Shown here in pieces: positions 8,258 to 16,390 of a DNA stretch of 64,000 nucleotides (position 1 is the first letter of the stretch; each line of letters opens with the position of its first letter). Source of the DNA: Desulfobacterales bacterium (GTDB taxonomy: Bacteria; Desulfobacterota; Desulfobacteria; Desulfobacterales; UBA5852); contig CAXXVS010000003.1 of NCBI GenBank assembly GCA_963674755.2, positions 160,001-224,000 on the forward strand. The letters run 5' to 3'. Under the pieces are notes generated by a model that saw only the letters and a program-made list of their open reading frames with translations, did no database searches and was not told the origin of the DNA. The position numbers and the translations under genes are program-made.

Positions 8258-9796
8258 TCAGGGCGCCATGCGGAAAAAGGCGGCATGATTGGAGGTGAAA
8301 AACGGGGGGTCGTTGTTCAGGATGGCGCGGATAGGGGCCGGCTTCTTGAATTCCTTGGCCAGGAAACGCCGCACCGCATCCCGCTGCCAGCCCTGGGGGT
8401 GCACGAACTCCCGGTAGAGGGTCAGATCGCCGTCGTAAAACGGCACGGTCTTAAGCGCGGCCGCCTCCTCGCTGGTGGCCGGCAGGTTGAAGACGGCCAG
8501 GTTGAGGTAATCGATGGCGCCGGCATGCGCCAGGGTGAAGGCCAGGGTGCGGCGGGCGGCCGCCTCGGTTTCGGCCGGGGTGCCGAACAGCAGGTAGACG
8601 TAGGTGGCGATGCCGGCCTGCTTGAGGGTCTTTAGGGCGGTCGAAACGGTCGCCAGATCCACCCCCTTGCCCAGGGCGTCCAGAACGGACTGGTCGCCGG
8701 ATTCCACCCCCAGCTTGAGCATGACGCAGCCGGAAGCCCTGAGGCCGCGGACGAAGGCCGGATCGGCCAGATGGGGCGTGATGCGGGCGAAACCATACCA
8801 GGGCGCGCCGGGTGGATGGTCGATCAGGTGGGCCATCAAACGGGGCGCCAGGGCGTTGTCCAGAAAATGGATCAGGGGCAGGGCGGGCGACGACGCCAGC
8901 GTTTTGAGCTCGGCCACCACCGCCGCGGGCGCCATGGGCCGATAAAGCGTCTTCTCCGCTTTCTCCGGACAGAAGGCGCACTTGCGCCAGTAGCAGCCCC
9001 GGGAAGTGCTGTAGGGCAGCACCCGGCGCGGCGCCAGGTAGTCCCCCCAGGGAAAGGAAGAAAAATCGTATCCGCCGCCGGAACCGGCATCGGCCGGGCG
9101 TCCGCCGCACATGGCCAGCAGGGCCGCTTCCCCCGGCCCGGCCACCAGCTCGTCCACCAGCCCTTGAAAAGGATTGCGAAACCCCGGGATGTTCAACCAC
9201 GAGGTCACCAGCCCGCCCCCGCATACGATTTTGGCGTTCGGAAGCCGGGCCCGGAGCCAGCCGATGATGGCAAAGGCGCACAGGGCGTGGCTCATGAAAT
9301 TGACGGACAGCCCCACGATGGTCGGTTCTTCTTCTTTTAATAAGGTGCCGAGCGTTTGTGAGAAGACGGGATAGAAGGGATTGTCTTCGTACGCTTCGGC
9401 GGCCCGCACTAAATCACCGCTGCGCAGGGGCGAGAGGCGCTGCGCTTCGAAGTTGGCCAGGGAAATAGCCGCATCGTAGGGCCGACCGGCCAGGGCAAGC
9501 GCCCGGTTCACGTCCATCACGGCGCGTTTATAGCGGTCCCGGTGGCGGTAGAGGTCCGGCGATCGCAGGGCGCTCACGTTGGCGGCCCGGTGTTTCAGGG
9601 CCCGCCGCGACCATGTGTCTTCGGCGTCGAAAGGGCGCTGTAGCAGGCCCAGAATTCCGTCCAGGCCGGCATCGTAGACCCGGCAGCGGATCCCGGCGGC
9701 CCCCAGCGTTCCGGCCAGCAGAGCCAGTCCGGCCGGGGGCTCGCAGGGCTTGGCCACGGGGGGATAGATCAGCAGAATGGAAGGCTTGTCCCTCAT
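8258..9796 (-). CDS. B12-binding-domain radical SAM protein
   Basis: N-terminal PPAGLALLAG, VCGGG and GPGE; SRGCYWRKCAFC; LGVESG. Confidence 0.85.
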   Translation of the reverse strand: MRDKPSILLIYPPVAKPCEPPAGLALLAGTLGAAGIRCRVYDAGLDGILGLLQRPFDAEDTWSRRALKHRAANVSALRSPDLYRHRDRYKRAVMDVNRALALAGRPYDAAISLANFEAQRLSPLRSGDLVRAAEAYEDNPFYPVFSQTLGTLLKEEEPTIVGLSVNFMSHALCAFAIIGWLRARLPNAKIVCGGGLVTSWLNIPGFRNPFQGLVDELVAGPGEAALLAMCGGRPADAGSGGGYDFSSFPWGDYLAPRRVLPYSTSRGCYWRKCAFCPEKAEKTLYRPMAPAAVVAELKTLASSPALPLIHFLDNALAPRLMAHLIDHPPGAPWYGFARITPHLADPAFVRGLRASGCVMLKLGVESGDQSVLDALGKGVDLATVSTALKTLKQAGIATYVYLLFGTPAETEAAARRTLAFTLAHAGAIDYLNLAVFNLPATSEEAAALKTVPFYDGDLTLYREFVHPQGWQRDAVRRFLAKEFKKPAPIRAILNNDPPFFTSNHAAFFRMAP

Positions 9797-10092
9797 GTCG
9801 CCGTCGGCATTTGTCCTTGATCCCCCCTATGGTGACGATAGCGGCTCATGGTCCTGATGTGGAGCGGGCCGGCATGAGCGCCGCCAATGTCATGCGGATC
9901 AGATGATCGGTGAAAAATCGGCTTAAAGGGCCGGCTGGCCTTTCGGGGCGACTGTTGCCGTGGCGGCCGAAAGCGCTTGCGAATCGCATCCCGCCTTGCC
10001 AAGCCTGGAGCAGACCTGCTACATAGCTCCCGTCGGAAACGCTTGCCGGGGCCTGGCCCTGACCGAACCGCGGCGCCGGGTTGCATTCCCCG

Positions 10093-11673
10093 ATGGACGC
10101 CAACAACCGGAAATCGGGCATGTATGATGCCATCCTGATATCACCGCATTATCACTACGACAGCGAAGGGCAACCCCTCCCCGCCCAAGATGCCGTCGCC
10201 GTCCAAAATCTATCCATGATCATCCCGCTGGGCATCCTTCACGTGGCCCAGCACCTCCAAGATCGCGGTTACCGGGTGCGCGTGGTGCACCTGCCGCATA
10301 CGTTCTACGCCTTACAGCGCCTGGGCCTCGCCGTCAACCAGATGCCCAATCCGTTAGAAACCATTCTATCCCAATTCCCGGCCCGCATCTGCGGTATTCA
10401 AGCGCATTTCTATCTTTATTGCGGGGGGGCGGTTCGCGTGGCCGAGGTTTACAAAAAGATCTTCCCCGACAGCGCCGTTCTGGTGGGCGGTTTCATGGCA
10501 ACCGCCTGCTGGCAGGACTTCCTGACCATGCCCGGCATCGACGGCGTCGTGCTGGGCGAAGGCGAGAAGACCTTTGAGCGCGTCATCGAAAAAGCAACCG
10601 AACCAGGCACGGGGTTTTTAACCACCATCGACGGCGTCGCCGCCCGCAACGACCAGGGCTGCGGTGTGGCCCGCCCGGCGCGCCCCGACGGCCTGCTGCC
10701 GCTGGAAGCGATGCCGCTCATCGCACCGAAGGCCAAACCGTTTGCCGACCTGTTATGGCCGCGACGCAGCTTCATCAATATTTCCCGCGGGCTGTGCCCG
10801 GAAGCCTGCACCTATTGCGTGGCCAACAACCGGACCATCAACCCGCGTCGGTTTCAGTTCATGCAGATCGATCGGATTCTCGCGCAGCTGCACTTGTATC
10901 AGGACCACGGCATTCAAAGCGTTTTTTTGGGGGAAAATCATTTCCTGGACACGGCCTTCATGAAAACGTTGATCGCGGCCATCATCGGCGAGAAGCTGAA
11001 CCTGAGCTTCGAGCTGGAAACCCACCCCGCGCTGTTTGATGACAAGGACCTCCTGCCTAAAATGGTCACGGCTGGTTTTTACCGCTACACCATGGGCTGC
11101 GAGAGCGGTTCCGACGCTCTCTTGAAGCGCATGGGGCGCCGCTCGAGTTCGAGACAGATCATGGCCGGCGTCCGGCGCATTGCCGACGCAGGGGGGCTGG
11201 CGGTGACCTCCTGGATATGCAACCTGCCGGGGGAGACGGAAGCTGATTTTGCGGCCACCACGGAAATGCTCGCCCGCGTCGTCGCGGCCGGCGGCTTCAT
11301 CTACTGGATCGAAAACCTGCACGTCCTGCCCGGCAGCCGGCTCTACGAGAATCCGGCCCGATGGCAAATCGACATTTTGCTCGCGCGCCTGACCGACTGG
11401 ATCCGCTGGGCGCAGATCTCCAAAACCTTTGTGACCCCCGAGGAGGCCGCCGGGGATCCGCAGCGCTACCTGACCCATCGCAACCACGGGACGACCCCGC
11501 AGGAAATGATCCGGCGCTTCTACATCCAACGCGGACGCGCCCGTGACCTGGTCCCGGAGATGAAGGCCAATCTGGCGGATCGCGCGGACCATCTGCCGCC
11601 GGAACTGGTGCACACCGAGACGCAGAAGCTCGACTGGTATGCCGTCAAGGGCTGGCAGCTGCTGTTGTTCTAG
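10093..11673 (+). CDS. cobalamin-dependent (class B-like) radical SAM enzyme
   Basis: PLGILHVA, VLVGG, VLGEGE, SRGLCPEACTYC, MGCESGS, LPGET. Start could also be 10081 or 10120. Confidence 0.85.
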   Translation: MDANNRKSGMYDAILISPHYHYDSEGQPLPAQDAVAVQNLSMIIPLGILHVAQHLQDRGYRVRVVHLPHTFYALQRLGLAVNQMPNPLETILSQFPARICGIQAHFYLYCGGAVRVAEVYKKIFPDSAVLVGGFMATACWQDFLTMPGIDGVVLGEGEKTFERVIEKATEPGTGFLTTIDGVAARNDQGCGVARPARPDGLLPLEAMPLIAPKAKPFADLLWPRRSFINISRGLCPEACTYCVANNRTINPRRFQFMQIDRILAQLHLYQDHGIQSVFLGENHFLDTAFMKTLIAAIIGEKLNLSFELETHPALFDDKDLLPKMVTAGFYRYTMGCESGSDALLKRMGRRSSSRQIMAGVRRIADAGGLAVTSWICNLPGETEADFAATTEMLARVVAAGGFIYWIENLHVLPGSRLYENPARWQIDILLARLTDWIRWAQISKTFVTPEEAAGDPQRYLTHRNHGTTPQEMIRRFYIQRGRARDLVPEMKANLADRADHLPPELVHTETQKLDWYAVKGWQLLLF

Positions 11674-11700
11674 TCGAAGCCATTCCACAAGGAGAGCGTG

Positions 11701-13935
11701 ATGTCCGATCTCAAAGCATTGAACCCCGAAGGCCTCCCCGCCAATTTCAATCTGGCGGAACACGGCGAAAAACCCATTATAACCATAGCCGTTCAGGACC
11801 GCACGCTCCGCCTGACCTATCAGTTTCCCGGCTACAGCTTTGCCGACCTTTCCGCAACGGCCGGAGCGGGCGCCGATCCTGCCGGCCAGACCGATTTCCT
11901 GCACGAGGTCGGCATCCGAGGTACCGGCTTTCTTTCCGAAAGCGGCAAACCGCTGCTGCCGTCATTTGGGCGGTTTCTTCAAATTCCGCCAGGCTTCACC
12001 TATAAGGTCCGGGTAGAAGAAAGCGGTCTGCGCGAACTGGAAAACATGAAGATCAGACCGGCCCAGGAGAATGCCACGGACCAGGCCCCCTGGACCTTCG
12101 AATTCGATGACGCGACTTATGGCAAGGATCACTTGTATCCCGAAAAGATCGTGGAAGTCAGCGAACCGTTTTACATGGACGGCTACCGCACCCTTTGCCT
12201 CCATGTCCGGCCCATGCAGTACAACCCCGCCAAGGAACGGCTCTACTGCTATAGCACCATCGAAGTGGCCGTCGAATTGTCGCCCGAACCCGCGCCCCAG
12301 GAAAGCGGCAAGGCAACCGGCGAAGTGCCCCTGTGGGCTTACCAGGACCAGAAGCGCAGTCTGGAGGGCTTCGGTAACTTTCTTTTCAACCCGGAACGGA
12401 AATTTTTTATCAAGGCGGGCCTTCGGGCGCCGACGGGCGAAATGGTGAAGCGCCGCGCCGATCAGCCGGAGTTTTTAATCCTCTACGGAGAAGCGCTTCA
12501 AACGCCGGCACGCAAGCTCCAGGTCTGGAAACGAAAATGCGGCCTGGATACCGACATTGTTCCCGTGGCGCAGCTTCTGGCCCCGCTGGGGGCGGGCAGT
12601 TCCTGTGCCGACCAGGTGAAGGCCATCAAAACCTTCATCCGGACGATGCGGGGTAAGCCCGGTTCGCCGCTGCGCTATGTCCTGCTCCTGGGCGACATCA
12701 GCACCATTCCCAGCGAAGAACGACCGCGGCCCGGCACAGGGGCGGTCCAATGCGATACCACCGATCTCTATTACTTCACCCACCGGGATGCCGAAAGGGA
12801 CGAATGCCTGTTACCGTGGGTGGCGGGCGGCCGTATTGCCGCCCGGGATGAAGGGGAGGGACTCGCCGTGGTGGACCAGATCATCCGCTACGAAAGCACA
12901 CCGCCCGAGGATCCGGACTATTTTACGCGCATGACCGTGGCAGCCTATTTCGAGGATAAGGACCGCCTGGGCCGGCAGGACGGCCGCGCCAACCAGGCCT
13001 ATATGAAAACCATGGAGTCGATCCGGGACCACATGGTTTCCCACGGTTTCGAAGTTCAACGGGTCTATGTTTCCAACAACCGCAGGCCGGCCGAATTCAG
13101 CGACGGGACGCCCGTGCCGCTGAAGCTAAGAGAAGAACTCATTTACAAGACGGACGGTCCTCTGGCCACCAAAAAACTAATGGGGCTGATCAATACGGGG
13201 CAGTTGATCATCGGCCACCGGGGCCACGGAGATCAGCTGGGCTGGCTCAATCCCCCGCTTAGAACGGCGGATATTCAATCGATTGCCGGCACCACCCCGT
13301 CCATCTTCTTCAGCATCAGCTGCCGCACGGGCAGTTTTGATGGTGCACGGGAATGCTTTGCGGAAGAGCTCCTGGCCATGAACGGCGGCGCCCCCTCCCT
13401 GGTCGCGGCCACCGAACTGTCCGGTTCCTGGCGCAACGACAGTATGATCAAAGCCCTGTTCGATGCCATCTGGCCGGGGGTTATTCCGACCTATCCGGTC
13501 ACGACGATGCGCTTCCCGGTAAAATACTACCGCATGGGGGACATCCTGAACTACGCCAAGGCTTATCTTCTGATCGCCCACGGCGTCAACGCCAACACCC
13601 AGAAGCATTTTGAAATCTATCACGTCGTGGGCGATCCGACGCTCCATGTCTGGGGCAGCGAGCCAGGGCCGTTGCGTCTGCGCACCCGGCTAGCGGAAGA
13701 CATCCTGGTGGTGAACATGAATAGCTGCCCCAGGGATGCCGTATTGTCCGTGTGGTATGAGGAAGATTGCCTGCTGAAGATGGAACCGACGGGAACCCGG
13801 CTGGCCATTCCGCTGATGCTTTTCGATCAATTGCCCGATGATGCCCGAAGCACAAAGCGGAAGAAGCCCTACCAGCTGTCCGTTTACCTCTGGGCACCGG
13901 GCCACCGCCTGGCGGCGTCGCACCTCTGGTTCTGA
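11701..13935 (+). CDS. C25 (gingipain-family, clan CD) cysteine peptidase with propeptide and no signal peptide
   Basis: Propeptide-like GKPLLPS and VRPMQYNP; YVLLLGD, TDLYY, AGGRI; catalytic HRGHG and ISCRTG; YHVVGDP. AAGGAG SD. Confidence 0.85.
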   Translation: MSDLKALNPEGLPANFNLAEHGEKPIITIAVQDRTLRLTYQFPGYSFADLSATAGAGADPAGQTDFLHEVGIRGTGFLSESGKPLLPSFGRFLQIPPGFTYKVRVEESGLRELENMKIRPAQENATDQAPWTFEFDDATYGKDHLYPEKIVEVSEPFYMDGYRTLCLHVRPMQYNPAKERLYCYSTIEVAVELSPEPAPQESGKATGEVPLWAYQDQKRSLEGFGNFLFNPERKFFIKAGLRAPTGEMVKRRADQPEFLILYGEALQTPARKLQVWKRKCGLDTDIVPVAQLLAPLGAGSSCADQVKAIKTFIRTMRGKPGSPLRYVLLLGDISTIPSEERPRPGTGAVQCDTTDLYYFTHRDAERDECLLPWVAGGRIAARDEGEGLAVVDQIIRYESTPPEDPDYFTRMTVAAYFEDKDRLGRQDGRANQAYMKTMESIRDHMVSHGFEVQRVYVSNNRRPAEFSDGTPVPLKLREELIYKTDGPLATKKLMGLINTGQLIIGHRGHGDQLGWLNPPLRTADIQSIAGTTPSIFFSISCRTGSFDGARECFAEELLAMNGGAPSLVAATELSGSWRNDSMIKALFDAIWPGVIPTYPVTTMRFPVKYYRMGDILNYAKAYLLIAHGVNANTQKHFEIYHVVGDPTLHVWGSEPGPLRLRTRLAEDILVVNMNSCPRDAVLSVWYEEDCLLKMEPTGTRLAIPLMLFDQLPDDARSTKRKKPYQLSVYLWAPGHRLAASHLWF

Positions 13936-13987
13936 GGCAGGCGACCCGGTGTGGGCGTGGCCCGGCGACGTGGGCGTTTAATCAAAG

Positions 13988-14212
13988 CTAATAATCCACA
14001 TTCTCCGGAACATTGAAATCACGTTTGATCGTGTCCCGCTGAGCAATGATTTTATCGACGTCGGCCGCTGTTACACCGTCGTAGTTGTTGCTCGCGAAAA
14101 AATCCACAAGGTCCTGCCGGGTGCAGTCCGGGCTGGCGACAATACCCACAAACGCCGCCGAAAGGTCACGATCGCCACCGACATCGGTCAAGAAATCAAG
14201 AATACCTGCCAT
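13988..14212 (-). CDS. Nif11-like small peptide, candidate RiPP precursor (74 aa)
   Basis: GGAGGAG SD. ILDFLTDVGGDRDLSAAF...TRQDLVDFFASNNYDGVTAADV resembles the Nif11 leader helix pattern. Last gene of the cyclase/prenyltransferase/rSAM operon. Confidence 0.75.
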   Translation of the reverse strand: MAGILDFLTDVGGDRDLSAAFVGIVASPDCTRQDLVDFFASNNYDGVTAADVDKIIAQRDTIKRDFNVPENVDY

Positions 14213-14263
14213 GCTCTCCTCCATCTCTGTTTGGGGGTCCGAGACCCGTTTATAAACCCCGCA

Positions 14264-14311
14264 CAACACCGCTGAGGGCCTCATCGGAAGCCGACGCCCC
14301 ATGCGGTGTTG
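14264..14311 (-). promoter_or_regulatory. stem-loop between the radical SAM gene and the peptide gene
   Basis: CAACACCGC (14264-14272) pairs with GCGGTGTTG (14303-14311), with further internal pairing and no U-tract. Confidence 0.5.
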
Positions 14312-14315
14312 GTCT

Positions 14316-15362
14316 CTATACAGGTTGTTCGATGCCGGCTAAAACCCTTTGACAATACGGAACTTCAGGCTGCATATCCATAACGGATGGCGAGGGGTGC
14401 AGCTTGCCGTGCTTGCGGCAGTAATCGATGTAAGAGCACATCGGGCAGGTGGTGTCATCCTGCGCAACCGCTTTGCGGTAGCAATCGCACGTTAATGTCC
14501 TAGTTATCATACCGGGTCGGTATTGTCCAATAATTTCCGGGGTTGAGTGGGCCAGGGTGATATCCAGGTTGGCGCGGACCATCAGTTTGCCCGGCCGCAC
14601 AAGGGCATGTGATCGCGGCACCAGGGGCAGCTGCAGCATCCCAGCCGCTACGTTGACCAGGGGATCGTTGAGGACATGGGTGTTCAAACCGCAAAGGTTC
14701 AGGGCGGATACCGTCCGCACCATTCGCAGAAAGTCATCCGGGCCCAGCAGCTCATCGCAAAAATCGCAGGGCCCGTTATCCAAGCGGAAAAGCTGAATCA
14801 GGGTCAACCGTTCGATGCCGCTGAAGGTTGCGTTCAGTTCCGCCGCAAAATCCGGCAGCTGCATCAGCAGTGTTTGCCCGAGAGCTGCAAAAACCGTCAC
14901 CGCCAGTCCGGCATCGAGGGCCCGGCGGATCCCTTCGGCCGCCCTGCCGTAAGCGCCCGCCCCGCGCATGGCGTCATGGAGAACGGCGGGTCCCTGCAAA
15001 CTCACCGAGATCCCCAGACCAGGGTAGCGCGCCAGCCGGCCGGCGACCGCTTCCGTCAGCAACAGGCCGTTGGTGTTTAAAAAAACGGACTCATAACCCA
15101 GATCGAAGACGGTCTCCAGGAGACCGAACAGGCCGGACCAGAGCAAGGGCTCCCCGCCCGTGAGATGCAGATGCCAAAATCCGGCCCCATAGGCTTCCCG
15201 GCAAAGGGTTTCTGCCAGTGCAGGCGTCAGGCGGTCTTCCGGCGTGACCCCCACCCGGGCAAAGCAGTGAACACATTCGCTGTTGCAGCGCGCCGTCAAC
15301 TCGATGCCCAGGTGGCCAACCTTGGGAACCTCGGGTCTTGGATCGCGCGCCCCAGCCTTCAT
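14316..15362 (-). CDS. radical SAM enzyme with SPASM/twitch-like C-terminal Cys cluster
   Basis: ELTARCNSECVHC, LTGGEPLL, NTNGLLL; C-terminal CDC, CPMCSYIDYC and PYC. ATGA overlap with the upstream gene. Confidence 0.85.
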   Translation of the reverse strand: MKAGARDPRPEVPKVGHLGIELTARCNSECVHCFARVGVTPEDRLTPALAETLCREAYGAGFWHLHLTGGEPLLWSGLFGLLETVFDLGYESVFLNTNGLLLTEAVAGRLARYPGLGISVSLQGPAVLHDAMRGAGAYGRAAEGIRRALDAGLAVTVFAALGQTLLMQLPDFAAELNATFSGIERLTLIQLFRLDNGPCDFCDELLGPDDFLRMVRTVSALNLCGLNTHVLNDPLVNVAAGMLQLPLVPRSHALVRPGKLMVRANLDITLAHSTPEIIGQYRPGMITRTLTCDCYRKAVAQDDTTCPMCSYIDYCRKHGKLHPSPSVMDMQPEVPYCQRVLAGIEQPV

Positions 15363-16348
15363 GGCGCTGTCCTCCCTTCGACGAGCGGCGCTGCCAGGCA
15401 TAGCAGCTCGTGCGCCAGCCCTTCCAGCTGAATCGACGCCATGGTCTTTGCCGCGCCGTCCAGCTCCCGCCTGATTCTGTCTATAAGGGTTTCCACAATT
15501 CCCCCTTGATCAATGGCCTCACGGATTTGTTGGATGCGCACGGCTGAGTTCCTCTCGCAAGGCCGATTCCATAGGTGCCGGACCGGCGGCGGCAGCATGT
15601 AGTAGACCGCAGAGGGGCTTCCGCCGGCCAGATCGGCGTCCATATCCTGCAGATCGTCCATGAGCCGCCAGGCCGTCCCAAAAGCACCGTAGGCGAACTG
15701 CAGGGCCCTGCAAAAAGACTCCTCCGCTGTTATCCCGGCGGCCAGGAGCACCGGCACGGTCATCCAGGTGGCCATCTGTTTCAGAAAATGCGTACAGTAG
15801 CCGTCCAGGTTAGTTACTGCCGGTGGCGCGTCGATGCTGGCATAGTAGTCGTTGGTCATGTCCCTGACGATCCCGTCGCCCTTCGGGATGGCGGCCGCCA
15901 GCGGTTTGAGGCCGGCATTCATCCGCAGCCAGGCCTGGCTGCGGAGTAATAAGCTCAGATGGCTGGCCGGCAGTTGCCCGTCATTGAGATGGTCATCCAG
16001 CGGATGCAGAAAGAGCGCCATGGCATGGGCTCTCAGGGCATGACGGTGGACCTGATGCCGTGGGAGGCCGCCGTCGGGTCTCAATTGTTCCAGCCAGTAG
16101 AGGATGGACCAGGACGGGGCGAAATAGTTTTGGAAGTAATTGAATTCCGGAAAAAAGGGTGTTTTGAAATGCTCCATTAAAAGGACGGCCGCATCGGTGT
16201 GCACGGATTCGGGCAGCGACCGCAGGAGATCCATCATCTCCTGGTTCATCTCATTGCGAAACGCCAGTTCGGCGGTGGCCAGCCGAACGTCACCGAATCG
16301 GGCGACCGGCGTTTTCGCTGCCGTTCTCGCGCTGGGATTATTTTGCAT
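15359..16348 (-). CDS. class I isoprenoid-synthase-fold protein (polyprenyl synthetase/ComQ-like prenyltransferase)
   Basis: Two Asp-rich motifs, HPLDDHLND and RLMDDLQD, plus FLKQMA in a helical protein of 329 aa. Confidence 0.75.
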   Translation of the reverse strand: MQNNPSARTAAKTPVARFGDVRLATAELAFRNEMNQEMMDLLRSLPESVHTDAAVLLMEHFKTPFFPEFNYFQNYFAPSWSILYWLEQLRPDGGLPRHQVHRHALRAHAMALFLHPLDDHLNDGQLPASHLSLLLRSQAWLRMNAGLKPLAAAIPKGDGIVRDMTNDYYASIDAPPAVTNLDGYCTHFLKQMATWMTVPVLLAAGITAEESFCRALQFAYGAFGTAWRLMDDLQDMDADLAGGSPSAVYYMLPPPVRHLWNRPCERNSAVRIQQIREAIDQGGIVETLIDRIRRELDGAAKTMASIQLEGLAHELLCLAAPLVEGRTAP

Positions 16349-16390
16349 GGCGGAGCATTTTTTTTAACAACGCAGGCGGAGCGGTGCCGA

